Positions 1-13,200 of a stretch of DNA of 64,000 bases are shown here, in pieces. The notes beneath the pieces were generated by a model that saw only the letters and a program-made list of their open reading frames with translations, did no database searches and was not told where the DNA came from. Location of the stretch: positions 324,508,001 through 324,572,000 of the forward strand of contig OZ024740.1 of the NCBI GenBank assembly GCA_964016885.1. Reading direction: 5' to 3'. The position numbers were made by a program, and so were the translations under genes. How positions within the stretch are numbered: the stretch's first letter is position 1; every line of letters begins with the position of its first letter. This DNA is from Eledone cirrhosa. Taxonomy: Eukaryota.

Positions 1-58
1 ATAGTAGTAGTGGTGGTGGTGGTGGTAGTCGTAGTTGTGTTAGTATTAGTGGTGGTAA

Positions 59-101
<43 letters not shown>

Positions 102-460
102 GGTGGTGGTGGTGGTGGTGGTGGTGGTGGTAGAAGTAGTAGTAGTAGTAGTAGTTGCTGGTATCGTTGCTTTTCTTTTGTTGTTGGTGTTGAACTTGGT
201 GTTGTGTTATTGCTGCTGTAGTTCTTGTTGCACTTGGTGATGTTGTAGGTGCTGTACTTGTAGTTGGTTGTAGCTGATGTTGTTGTTGCTGATGGTGTTG
301 CTCTTGTTACTGTTGTTGCTGATGGTGTTGCTCTTGTTACTGTTGTTGTTGTTGTTATTTTATTCTCAGGTTGTTGTTTTGTTTTTATTGTTGCTATTTT
401 TACTGTCGTTATTTCTGTTGTTTTTATTTGTGTTATTGTTGTTGTCGTCACTGCTTCTAT
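1..460. repeat. (GTA)n/(GTG)n/(GTT)n low-complexity tract
   Basis: Trinucleotide runs seen directly; the poly-V/poly-L ORFs here are artefacts. Confidence 0.95.
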
Positions 461-1240
461 ACTACAGTTTAAATGGGAATACAGCACATCATGTATTTTA
501 GTGTAATTGGTTGAGTATTCCACAGGCAGAGGTGACACAATATAGCGTGCCAATGCTAGATGTTTCAATTACAGATGCAGCCCATCGGACGAAGTTTCAA
601 TCAGGTTCCCTCTATTCCCTATCAAATTTTCCTCTTAAAACCTGGATCAAACCTAGGATTTGGTAAATGGCACTAGCCAAAGATACTACCTAATGGATCG
701 AACCCCGGACTTCAAGACTGCTAACCTAATTTCCTAACCGCTCAGGCATGCCTTCTTAGAAAAATGGGAAGGCAAGAAGCGGATCGTCATATTGGAACAG
801 GGAGACAATGTTTCCATTTGTTTTTTTCCATTACTAATACTATATGTCGGTCGCAACCCCTGACAAAATGAGCAACGTAAAATAAATAAAAAATTATTAC
901 TCAAGAAAAACAAGCCCTGTCCAGAAATTGAACACATGGCTTTCTTATCATATGCCCAACAATCTGCCCACTGGGCCACCTGTCTTGCTGGAATAGGATA
1001 CATTCTACCTCAATTAAATTCCACGACAATATCCTTTTAAAATCAGTGACTGTAATAAAATATAAACTAGTGGTCTATTTACATTAGTTCATATGAATAT
1101 AATAGACGCACTAAATACTCTTGGCCAAGAGACAACACCATGTTTATTTGACAGAGCGAAACAAATAATCTTTTTTTTGAGTGGGAAAGTAGCAAGTATC
1201 TGTGAATTTACGACTGATTAACTTTTAATAACTCAGGTAA

Positions 1241-1352
<112 letters not shown>

Positions 1353-1380
1353 CCCTTCTCTCTCTATATATATATACATA

Positions 1381-1411
<31 letters not shown>

Positions 1412-1512
1412 ATATATATCTATATATGTATGTATATATATATGTATATATATATATATGTATGTATATTAATTCAAAATATTAACAAAATAGATATTCT
1501 GGTGATCAATTA

Positions 1513-1579
1513 TATTTTATTATACATATTTCAGAGGTACTGAGTTAAGTTCGACAGTACGTCCTCATCAGATAAAATA
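1513..1579 (-). ncRNA. Type I hammerhead ribozyme motif, family A
   Basis: Reverse complement reads tattttat CTGATGA ggacgtactg..cagtacctct GAAA tatgta TA ataaaata; stem I tattttat/ataaaata; same family as 22242-22529. Confidence 0.85.
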
Positions 1580-1625
1580 AGATGATGCATGACATACCCT
1601 GACATAGTAGATGGTTAAGATTCAG

Positions 1626-1657
<32 letters not shown>

Positions 1658-1689
1658 TACATATATATACATACATACTTATATACATA

Positions 1690-1736
<47 letters not shown>

Positions 1737-1740
<4 letters not shown>

Positions 1741-1950
1741 AAAACTACAGACCCTCCTTCTCAACTCACCTTTTGAAAAGCAGAAGAACTGCGAAACCGG
1801 TAGGTAAAGGAACCAAATAAATATATATATTTAAAAAAAAAATAAGACTTCAGTTGCATTTTCGATTTCATCTTTTTTTATTTATACTTTCACTCGTGTA
1901 GGACACCTCGGTTATTTTTCATTTTGTAAAAAAAACCTCACTTTCTAATA
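1737..1950 (+). mobile_element. PLE-type non-coding element, family D, with U3-A8 hammerhead variant at 1769-1810
   Basis: cctt TTGAAAA gcag aagaa ctgc GAAA ccgg TA (ggta duplicated) aagg; bounded by (TA)n; homologous to 31103-32163 and 56487-57748. Confidence 0.75.
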
Positions 1951-2308
1951 TATATATATATATATGTATACATACATACATACATATATATGTGTGTGTG
2001 TGTGTGTGTGTGTCTGTGTGTGTGTGTGTTAGGTAATTCCGAAGGAAAATTGTTATGACTATTGTTATCATTGTTTTCGCTGTTGTTGTGGCTGTTGTTG
2101 TGGTTGTGATTCTTGACTTTATCATCGACAGTTATAACGTATATCTGTTTGTTTTCAGTGAGGCCTTCATATGACCATGTGACGTGGCACTGCTATTGTA
2201 ACGAAATATGTATTGGGAAGTCTTGACATTTCGTAATTTCCCTCTATGAAATATTCCTCATTGGTCTAATGTTCCTCTCTCTCTCCTCACATTATATATA
2301 TATATATG

Positions 2309-2385
<77 letters not shown>

Positions 2386-2388
2386 ATA

Positions 2389-2436
<48 letters not shown>

Positions 2437-2462
2437 CACACACATATATATATATATAAATA

Positions 2463-2587
<125 letters not shown>

Positions 2588-2622
2588 GTGTGTATATGTA
2601 TTTATATATATTATATATATAT

Positions 2623-2665
<43 letters not shown>

Positions 2666-3435
2666 CGTGTTTCCAATCTGCAGATTAAGTCCTGATTCAA
2701 AATCGAACCAGCTGTGATTACAATAGATCTATTACGTTCAATTTCATATCGACATCCCCATGAGGGGATATATTTTATTTATTTGATCATTTTATCTTTT
2801 TTGTTTATTTATTTGCTTTGGAAATCAATAAATAATAGATCTAATTTGAAAATGTGTTTGACGACAAATTGTAATGGCGGCGGTGAATACAACAATGGGA
2901 GAAAAATTGCTGAATGAAAACGAAAATGAAGATGAAATCGTCCACAGGCAAACAATTTTAAATATAATGCCGTCGCCATGATAATAGTATAAAAGAAATT
3001 GATAGCAACAACATTTGCGAATATTTCATCGTATCGGCTGCTGTTGTTAGCGATAGCAAACATTGTTTGAGTTCAGCTGGGAGCGTTGGTAGTGGTGGTG
3101 GTTGTAGTGTTGGTAGTTATGATGATGGTTAAACTACATTATTGCTTGATGGTTTCAGTTTATCTGATGAAGCAGAGGTGTTATTGTGTATGAATTTGAC
3201 TTGTTGCATATTTGTCCGCCATTTTCTGGAATGAAGATTGGATTGTAAATTTGTAACTATCATCGGCTTCCATCACTGTGGAACAGGCAAATACCAAATG
3301 CAAAAAAATAAATAAATAAAAGAAAAGAAAAAGAAAAAGAAAAAGAAAAAGAAAAAGAAAAAGAAAAAAGAAATGTAACATAATTGGGGTGGTGAAAAAT
3401 ATTACTCGCTCGTGTAGAGTAGAAATGAATATATA

Positions 3436-3472
<37 letters not shown>

Positions 3473-3475
<3 letters not shown>

Positions 3476-3716
3476 AAAGTTCTATTTAAATTGTTGGGAT
3501 ACAGCAAGCAAATATTTTTATAACTGATATAAAGCACTCAACAAGTATTTGGAGTAATGGTTGCATTTTTTAAGGGTATGTCAATATTTATTTATAAAAC
3601 TGATCTATATTATATTTTGTCTGATGAAAGCACACCATAATTTAACTTGGTGTCCTTGAAATATGTATAATGAAATAAATATGGTTTTATAAATATAGTT
3701 TCCATTTGTTAATATC

Positions 3717-3718
<2 letters not shown>
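3473..3718 (+). mobile_element. Family A hammerhead-bearing element (ribozyme 3613-3677)
   Basis: tattttgt CTGATGA aag cacacca..tggtgtc ctt GAAA tatgta TA atgaaata; flanked by (TA)n. Confidence 0.8.
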
Positions 3719-3773
<55 letters not shown>

Positions 3774-3783
3774 CGTGTGTGTG

Positions 3784-3840
<57 letters not shown>

Positions 3841-3983
3841 TATAGAAAAGGCTTATACAGGACTAGAACTGTTTCATTCGGGAGAAATCATCAGAAGCCT
3901 TTTCTATATAAACATATTTATACTCTGCTTTGTAGTGAACACCTTACTTACTGTGGTAAACCTCGATTGAACACGGGATAAAC

Positions 3984-3985
<2 letters not shown>
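3841..3985 (-). mobile_element. Family C ~150-bp mini-element ending in a hammerhead (3841-3908)
   Basis: Reverse complement: tatagaaaaggctt CTGATGA tttctcccgaat GAAA cag ttctagtc ctg TA t aagccttttctata (14-bp stem I); head homologous to 18292-18360. Confidence 0.8.
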
Positions 3986-4071
<86 letters not shown>

Positions 4072-4145
4072 CTGTATAAGTATATATATATATATGTGTA
4101 TGTATATGTATATATATATATATATGTATATATATATGTATGTAC

Positions 4146-4180
<35 letters not shown>

Positions 4181-4250
4181 TGTATGTATAAATATATATA
4201 TTATATATTATATATATATATATTATATATTATATATATATATATTATAT

Positions 4251-4315
<65 letters not shown>

Positions 4316-4355
4316 TATACCTTTCATTTATATATATATATATATATATATATAA

Positions 4356-4431
<76 letters not shown>

Positions 4432-4444
4432 GTTTTAAATTGCC

Positions 4445-4506
4445 TTGTCCGACGAACGAATGAGGACGTTTTTCGGATTCGTCTTATTCGGGAAACCTAT
4501 GGTAAT

Positions 4507-4507
<1 letters not shown>
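4445..4507 (+). ncRNA. Hammerhead-like motif with CCGACGA core
   Basis: CCGACGA a cgaatgaggacg..cgtcttattcg g GAAA cc tat gg TA; stems II and III pair, stem I is weak. Confidence 0.55.
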
Positions 4508-4547
<40 letters not shown>

Positions 4548-4717
4548 CAAGAGTGGAGAGGGGGTTTCGCTCATAAACATACCGTATATCGCTATGTGTA
4601 ATAATAATAAGTGTGAAGACTAACATTCAAAGAGGGATCGATAAGGATACATATATATATCAGATATATATATAAGAATCTGTTATTTTAATAAATATAT
4701 ATATATATATATTATAT

Positions 4718-4882
4718 ACGATATATTACCAAATGGAAACTATATTTATAAAACCATATTTATTTCATTATACATATTTCAAGGAGACCAAGTCAAATTA
4801 TGGTGCGCTTTCATCAGATAAAAAATAATATAGATCAGTTTTATAAATAAATATTGACATACCCTTAAAGAATGCGACCATT
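4718..4882 (-). mobile_element. Family A hammerhead-bearing element (ribozyme 4761-4825)
   Basis: Inverted homolog of 3560-3718 with intact CTGATGA/GAAA/TA core on the minus strand. Confidence 0.8.
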
Positions 4883-5375
4883 TCTGTTGGGCTTCCAACC
4901 ATCACCACCACCAAATCCCCCACCCCACCCTGACCACAGTCAAACCCCTCCTAATTCCACCCCATCGCAATCAACGTCAACATCAACCCCACTATCACCC
5001 CCTGTTCCATGGGTGCCTTTAGTAGAGTCCATATTAATAAGTAGCAATAAATTTACATCGATTTAAATATCGACTAAATATGGCGGATTGTTGATAAATA
5101 TTTTATTGATTTCTGAGGAATCTTTTCAATTCTACAGAAATCAATTTACATTTTTATGAAACTAATCAGTGAACACCGTCCCACAAGGAACAAATGAGGA
5201 ATACATAATCTTTATAATAACACCCAAGGTGTCTTAGTATTATGTTGGTGTTACGATAAAATGTGATATTATTAATATATAACATCTTAAATTATCCCGT
5301 TTTTTAAATTATCTTTTTACTTGCCCGAGAGAGTGTCATTTATATAAATTGAATAATATCGAAGGAACTTTTAAA

Positions 5376-5446
<71 letters not shown>

Positions 5447-5454
<8 letters not shown>

Positions 5455-6906
5455 TAGAATATTCGAAAATATTCTGTATGTTTATAATAAACATTTTGAA
5501 GACCTAATCGCTATAGAATAGAATACGTCACGTATTACAATTAGATTCTCGATAAAAGCAAGGGAAGTAATCTACGCGTTTCATTCTTGTTAGAAATCAT
5601 CAGGACTACATATCCAGTGCTTTTATCGAGAATGACACAGCTAGAGACTTATAGAATACTTAGCTGTGTACAGGAACTGGTTTGAAAGAGCGGTTGCCGG
5701 TCCGGCAGAAATTAGAAATTGGAAAAGTATTCTATAAGTCTCTAGCTGTGTCATTCTCGATAAAAGCACTGGATATGTAGTCCTGATGATTTCTAACAAG
5801 AATGAAACGCGTAGATTACTTCCCTTGCTTTTATCGAGAATCTAATTGTAATACGTGACGTATTCTATTCTATAGCGATTAGGTCTTCAAAATGTTTATT
5901 ATAAACATACAGAATATTTTCGAATATTCTATGTCTATATTCACATATATATCGCTATTTCAGAGCATTTATTCCAATTTCTAATTTCTGCCGGACCGGC
6001 AACCGCTCTTTCAAACCAGTTCCTGTACACAGCTAAGTATTCTATAAGTCTCTAGCTGTGTCATTCTCGATAAAAGCACTGGATATGTAGTCCTGATGAT
6101 TTCTAACAAGAATGAAACGCGTAGATTACTTCCCTTGCTTTTATCGAGAATCTAATTGTAATACGTGACGTATTCTATTCTATAGCGATTAGGTCTTCAA
6201 AATGTTTATTATAAACATACAGAATATTTTCGAATATTCTATGTCTATATTCACATATATATCGCTATTTCAGAGCATTTATTCCAATTTCTAATTTCTG
6301 CCGGACCGGCAACCGCTCTTTCAAACCAGTTCCTGTACACAGCTAAGTATTCTATAAGTCTCTAGCTGTGTCATTCTCGATAAAAGCACTGGATATGTAG
6401 TCCTGATGATTTCTAACAAGAATGAAACGCGTAGATTACTTCCCTTGCTTTTATCGAGAATCTAATTGTAATACGTGACGTATTCTATTCTATAGCGATT
6501 AGGTCTTCAAAATGTTTATTATAAACATACAGAATATTTTCGAATATTCTATGTCTATATTCACATATATATCGCTATTTCAGAGCATTTATTCCAATTT
6601 CTAATTTCTGCCGGACCGGCAACCGCTCTTTCAAACCAGTTCCTGTACACAGCTAAGTATTCTATAAGTCTCTAGCTGTGTCATTCTCGATAAAAGCACT
6701 GGATATGTAGTCCTGATGATTTCTAACAAGAATGAAACGCGTAGATTACTTCCCTTGCTTTTATCGAGAATCTAATTGTAATACGTGACGTATTCTATTC
6801 TATAGCGATTAGGTCTTCAAAATGTTTATTATAAACATACAGAATATTTTCGAATATTCTATGTCTATATTCACATATATATCGCTATTTCAGAGCATTT
6901 ATTCCA

Positions 6907-6910
<4 letters not shown>
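5447..6910 (+). mobile_element. Retrozyme-like array: ~3.8 tandem 310-bp monomers (5725-6910) plus an inverted partial monomer (5447-5724), one hammerhead per unit
   Basis: Period 310 (taaaagcactgg at 5761, 6071, 6381, 6691); gtagtc CTGATGA tttctaacaagaat GAAA cgcg TA gattac at 5777, 6087, 6397, 6707 and on the minus strand at 5567-5609; (TA)n at both ends. Confidence 0.88.
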
Positions 6911-6950
<40 letters not shown>

Positions 6951-7513
6951 TTCAGATGGCACATAATATTATTCTTCAATTGACACATACTTTTTATGCT
7001 TCTGTCAGAGAATGTAGAGCAATAACAAGGTCATTTTTCAGAGCTTCCAAACTGGTGGCAAGTACACGGGAACTTAAACTGGGAGATTTGGCTCAAACAG
7101 TGTGGCCTTCGCTAAAGGCACCAAAGGGCCATGATGTGATCTTATACTGGGCAAAGGAATAATTCCCTATAACGAGCTTTCACATAGGTTCTGTTTTCAA
7201 AATTTCACTCACAGAGCTTTGTCGACTGCGGGCAATGATGAAAAACACTTGCTTAGTGTGTTGAACAATGAGATTAAGTCCAGAATTGACAAAGATCGTT
7301 TATCTGTGCTAACTCACATATCCATGTTTGAAAGCTCAACAGCCAGTCAACACGAGAGAATATGATTCTTCGCTTTTTACCATGGTTCGTTTTATGAATG
7401 TTTTGCCAGAGAATTATACCATTTATTAATGTCAATTCTGGGAGGCTTGTAGTTCAACAGCTGACTCTGATCCTTAGATGCTTACCAATATTATTTATTT
7501 TGCAACCAGAGCT

Positions 7514-7712
7514 GTGGATAGAGCGTCAGACACCATGCTTCACAGCATAGAGTTATGAGTCTTTGCGATCTGAGTTCAAATTCCGCCGAGGTTAGCTTTA
7601 CCTTTCATCCTTACGTGGTCGATAAAATAAGTACCAGTAACACACTGGGGTCGATTTAATCGGTTTCCCCTCCCCCAAAATGACTGGCCTTGTGCCAAAA
7701 TCAGAAACCCTT
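7514..7712 (+). mobile_element. tRNA-derived CORE-type SINE (octopus OR-like)
   Basis: B box gagttcaaattcc, core gccgaggttagctttacctttcatcctt..gtcgataaaataagtaccag, tail ggccttgtgccaaa. Confidence 0.8.
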
Positions 7713-8714
7713 ATTTGTTTTGCAACTAGTTGTAGGCAGTTAGTGAAGCTTCGGTGCCTTAACAATTTTGTTACCATATTTCTAACGAAAGACTTCCAAT
7801 TATCTTAAAATAATTTTCCAAATAATCAAGGATTTCGAGGGATTTATTAAGAGTAACTTAAGAAAGATTGCTACATTAAATTATGTTGACAGTTTTTAGA
7901 TATATATAAACACACTTAACTATTGTGTTAACATATTATAATTTTCGAATTCTTTTGAAAATTTTCGTAATTTTAAATTTAGTAACATAAACTTTCTCGT
8001 TGTTAATTTAGTACTTGAAACATAACTTAACAAGACTTATTCTATAAAATTATGATGGAATATTGTTAGATAAATATAAACACTCGGAAATAAACAGTTT
8101 TGTATCGTACAGCCGGAGGTGGTTTAACATTGCTTGTTAAAAAAAGGGTTAAACCATGGAAGCAGGCCATTTCTCGGTGCCAATGCTCATTTCATTGTCT
8201 GCGAATTCAACAGCCAATCAACACAACAGAATACAACCTTTCGTTACTTACCATTAACAATTTAAATTTTATCATTAACAATATCAAATATGTTTCAACC
8301 ATGGCTTCCACCCACCACATTTTCGAGAGTCTTCAGAAGCTAAAGGGGCTGTATTATTCAAGAAGATTCTATTAACCTTATGAAAACACTGAATGATTCA
8401 AATGATAAGCTTCGTTAGTTGCAATTTAATACTTAAGTATCTCCAACACATTTAAATAGACAACATAATGAAACAATACACTGTATGGCCTCTTCATCTA
8501 GCAATAACACACACACACACACACATATATATATATGTATGTGTCTGTGTAGGTGGGTGTGCGTATGTGTGTATATATGTAAGTATGTTGTCATTTCTCA
8601 TTTATTTATTTATAGGTATATATATATATGAAGCAGTAAATCTCTATCTCCCTACACACACACAGACGCACACATATATGTAGGTATATATCCATATAAA
8701 TATATATATGTGCG

Positions 8715-8770
<56 letters not shown>

Positions 8771-9135
8771 GTATATATAGAGAGATACAATACCTTTCAA
8801 TAATCTGTAGGCAATTGAGAGGATATATAAAGTACGTCAGACTAAACAGAAATAATAGGATGAGAGAGACAAAAAGAAAGATGGCTGAAATGTTACGATG
8901 AAACAAAGCTGTAATGGGGTGGAAAATCAATTTCCGGTCTGTTGTCTGAATCTATGAATCTGCACAGCTGCACAATGGCGGATTAAACACCTCAAGGCAT
9001 GCAAGCTATATAGAGAGTTAGTTACACATGTATATATATATATATATATATATACGTAAGGAAGTCGGGTCGATTAGGCAGAGATTTTAGTTTTCTCTGT
9101 GTTCTGAGTTCAGGTCTGCTATGTTCTTCAATAAT

Positions 9136-9320
9136 TGTTTCTACTTTTGGCACAAGGCCAGCTATTACCCAGTGCATTACTGGTACTTTATTTTATCGAC
9201 CTCGTAAGGATGAAAGGCAAAGTTAACCTCGGCGGGATTTGAACTCAGAATGGCAAGGGCCGTAACTCTATACGTCAAAGCATGGCGTCCGACCCTCTAC
9301 CGATACTGCCAATCCACCGC
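9136..9320 (-). mobile_element. tRNA-derived CORE-type SINE with target site duplication (TSD)
   Basis: Full-length inverted copy; TSD gctatgttcttcaataat at 9118-9135 and 9319-9336. Confidence 0.9.
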
Positions 9321-9568
9321 TATGTTCTTCAATAATACGGGATCGATAAAGAAAATAACAGACCAGTGCACTCCCGACGTCGATGTTCTGCTGTATCATG
9401 TATGGATTAGTTGAGAGGTTAATTGTGCCCCCTTGCCACTGCTTGGGAACCTAATATCCTTAGCTAAAGCAAGATATATACTTTGATGTAATACTCATTT
9501 GAGAATGACTTCTCTATTTTTAATTATTAGTATGTATGTACGTACGTATATATGTATATATGAATGTT

Positions 9569-9600
<32 letters not shown>

Positions 9601-10134
9601 TGTATGTATGTATGTATGTATGTATGTATGTATGGATGGATGGATATATGTATATAAATATGTGGGTATGTTTTCGTCTAGTGTTTGCGATGCTCGGAGA
9701 GTGGGAATGGTCGAGGCCTTTCCCGACTAAAAAAACCTTTAAAGCATAAGGCATTGCTTGTTCATGGTCTGTTACTGGTTTGTGTGACAGGCTGTAGACT
9801 AAAAGTGCACCAAACTTTATAACCTGACAAGCGATTGCAGTACTCTTAGCAGCCATCATGTGTATATATGTATGGATGTTCTTCTGGTTTTATAATTTTA
9901 TAAATTTTTACCAATAGAGAGAGAGTCGGTTTCTAACATAGACACAAGACTCTCTCATTGGAATTTAAACAACATAAACAAGGTAGATATGTATGTCTGC
10001 GTGCATGCATGTGTGTGCAGGTATGGATGTTAGTGTATGTGGAGATGTGTACATTTTGAGTCGTATGTGTGCATGTATTACATGCAGTATGTATGTATGT
10101 ATGTATGTATGTATGTATGTATGTATGTATGTGT

Positions 10135-10520
10135 GCCTTTGTCAAGGCAGAATTATAGGAGAAGGAAAACTCTGATATAACACCTGCAACCCTGATGGTA
10201 TCCAATGATGTTGACTTGTTCTTATTTTTGGTAAATATCATCTTGGTTAAGAGAGTGGGACTGGCTTTGTGCAGTGCCTTTGCTCACTATAAAATATTCA
10301 CGGGACAGACATTGCTTCATATCTGGAGATCTCTCTGCACTTGTCGTCACATGGGCCCAGCACTATGTGTCAATAATTGTCACAAGTGTAGTGTTTGTAC
10401 CAGAGATTTCAAGTCGCTGGCTGGACGAAAAAGTCACACTCGTTCAGCGCATCGGTAGGGGTTCTCCTACATGGATATAAAGTAGTGGCCATACTCGAAA
10501 GCGAGTTGGCAGCCATCATG
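10135..10520 (+). mobile_element. 5'-truncated copy of ~600-bp non-autonomous RTE-like element in (TATG)n
   Basis: Near-identical to 10861-11250 and 15919-16304; ends gagttggcagccatcatg followed by (TATG)n. Confidence 0.8.
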
Positions 10521-10643
10521 TATGTGTGCATGTATTACACGCAGTATGTATGTATGTATGTATGTATGTATGTATGTATGTATGTATGTATGTATGTATG
10601 TATGTATGTATGTATGTATCTATGTATGTATGTATGTATGTAT

Positions 10644-11250
10644 GTCAGGTCACCAGTTGGTGCTACTGGTAACATGTATCCCAGTACAACCTGTCTCATG
10701 GTCGGGTCGTTGGCGACTAAACTGGCAACCCCACCAAGGTTTCTTGGTGAGGAGTGTGACTTTGGACATCCTGCAGGACTAAAAACAAAACCTGTCAAAG
10801 GGCAAAGGAGCTCTTAAGAGTCAATGGCCATCCAAAATCACCGGGAGAGATGACCCCTTAGCCTTTGTCAGGGCAGAATTCTAGGAGAAGGAAAACTCTG
10901 ATATAACACCTGCAACTCTGATGGTATCCAATGATGTTGACTTGTTCTTCTTTTTGGTAAATATCATTTTGGTTAAGAGAGTGGGACTGGCTTTGTGCAG
11001 TGCCTTTGCTCACTATAAAAGCTTCACGGCACAGGCATTGCTTTATATCTGGAGATCTCTCTGCACTTGTTACATGGTACCATGGGCCCAGCACTATGTG
11101 TCAATAATTGTCACAAGTGTAGTGTTTGTACCAGAGTTTCCAAGTCGCTGGCTGGACTAAAAGTCACACTCGTTCAGCTCATCGGTAGGGGTTCTCCTAC
11201 ATGGATATAAAGTAGTGGCCGTACTCGAAAACGAGTTGGCAGCCACCATG
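10644..11250 (+). mobile_element. ~600-bp non-autonomous RTE-like element in (TATG)n
   Basis: Repeated at 15702-16304; contains ctaggagaaggaaaactctga, which I recall from RTE-clade 5' UTRs; microsatellite tail; no intact ORF. Confidence 0.7.
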
Positions 11251-11263
11251 TATGTATGTATGT

Positions 11264-11636
11264 TTTCTCTTTCTCTTAATTTCGAGTATATTTTTTTGAC
11301 CGGCACCTTCCTAGTGGCAAGGTTGTAAAAGAAAAGAAATTGTCATCCCTTGAATCGCAAGAATGTTTTGCAAATTTTGAAGGTGCCAGCTATCGCAGCC
11401 ATTTGTAGACTATGAATTAGGGAGCTGCGCTTTTTGTCCGCAAATCCAAGTTCAGTCATACTTTGGTCCAAGCGGGTTGGTATATAACCCGTAGCACCAA
11501 TAATGATGGGTATGAAGCTAAAGGTGTATCTTGGATACTGGATTTGTAAACGCCTCATACATCAATGGTCCGTAAATGTCCTCCTTCTCCTGTATTTTTC
11601 TGACAACGTTTACATCAAGTGGGCAGCTGATCTCAT
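11264..11636 (-). pseudogene. 3' fragment of R4/Dong-type (RLE endonuclease) non-LTR retrotransposon
   Basis: Minus strand encodes EISCPLDVNVVRKIQEKEDIYGPLMRRLQIQYPRYTFSFIPIIIGATGYIP..LQMAAIAGTFKICKTFL, a typical RLE C-terminus; flanked by (CATA)n on both sides. Confidence 0.8.
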
Positions 11637-11875
11637 GTATGTATGTATGTATGTATGTATGTATGTATGTATGTATGTATGTATGTATGTATGTATGGAT
11701 GTATGTATGTATGTGTGTATGTATGTATAAGTAACACGAGCAGATATATGTTTGCTCAGCACTGAATAATACTCGAAACGAGTTCGTTGTCCGAGAGTGG
11801 TAAATAATTATTCGATTTTAAAAGGACTGTATACAGAAGGTACAAACGTGTCAGGTTCGGACAGAATATATAATA

Positions 11876-11970
<95 letters not shown>

Positions 11971-11984
11971 AGTTGAAAAAAAAA

Positions 11985-12101
11985 ATGAAAACGAAATTTC
12001 ATTTCTCACTCTTAGTATGGCACTTACTTAAATGTAAGTATGTATGTATACGTACATACATATATGTATACAGACGTACAGTAGCATGCATATATATATA
12101 T

Positions 12102-12186
<85 letters not shown>

Positions 12187-12366
12187 GCATACAGGTACAC
12201 ATACATATATGCACGCATCAATTTAGCCGACGTTTATTATGACGCAGCTTTGTTCGCTTGTTTGTCAACAAACCGAACAGCCTGAATTTAAGCCATACGG
12301 TGATAAGGCAACCACGTCACCTTTTTGTTCAACACTGACACAGGAACGATGTACTAGTTTCAATCT
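11985..12366 (-). mobile_element. Diverged copy of family E element, truncated inside the hammerhead
   Basis: Homologous to 26331-26690; minus strand retains GAAA ctag TA catcgtt. Confidence 0.7.
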
Positions 12367-12426
<60 letters not shown>

Positions 12427-12582
12427 AAAGGTAAACAGATATAGCAACACAAAAACAGATATAGCAACACAATTGGTACAGTATATGGAAGCGATATATT
12501 AGGTTACGATATACATATATATGTAAATATATATATTGGAAAATGTATGACCCCGACGGCAGAGCTCAAGCCGTTTCGACGG

Positions 12583-12640
<58 letters not shown>

Positions 12641-12686
12641 CTGTATATATGTATTATAATATATATATATATATATATATTATATA

Positions 12687-13119
12687 AGTAAGTATGTTTT
12701 GAAACAGTGAGCGAGTTTGAAATTAGAAAATATATAGCTTTCACCGTATTTTTGACTAAAGGAATTTTAGCCTGATAACGGGGTTTAGAACCCTCAGATA
12801 AATGAAAAAGATGAGTATTGACGTACATGGGAGTCGAACCCACATCTGTGGTTATCGCTTTCAAACTCGCTCACTGTTTCAAAACATACTTACTTGCCAT
12901 TTAAACTCGCTAAGAATGTAGTTTCTAATTTGAATGGAAAGAGATGGGTGATGTGTTGTTGTAACGGTAGCACAGTGGTCGCGATAACCACAGATGTGGG
13001 TTCGACTCCCATGTACGTCAATACTCATCTTTTTTCCATTTATCTGAGGGTTCTAAACCCCGTTATCAAGCTAAAATTCCTTTAGTAAAAAATACGGTGA
13101 AAGCTATATATTTTCTAAT
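12687..13119 (+). mobile_element. Fold-back element containing a tRNA-like module
   Basis: Inverted arms 12722-12858/12981-13119 and 12687-12722/12859-12895; bounded by (TA)n. Confidence 0.8.
12950..13020 (+). tRNA. tRNA-like (pseudo-tRNA / Pol III promoter) module
   Basis: Acceptor gatgtgt/gtacgtc+a, A box tgtaacggtagcac, stem gtggt-cgcgata-accac, T arm gtggg-ttcgact-cccat; anticodon loop non-canonical. Confidence 0.65.
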
Positions 13120-13200
13120 ATATATACATATATATATTTACATACCTACATACATACATACATATATATATACATATGTATATATATTTATATATATATA

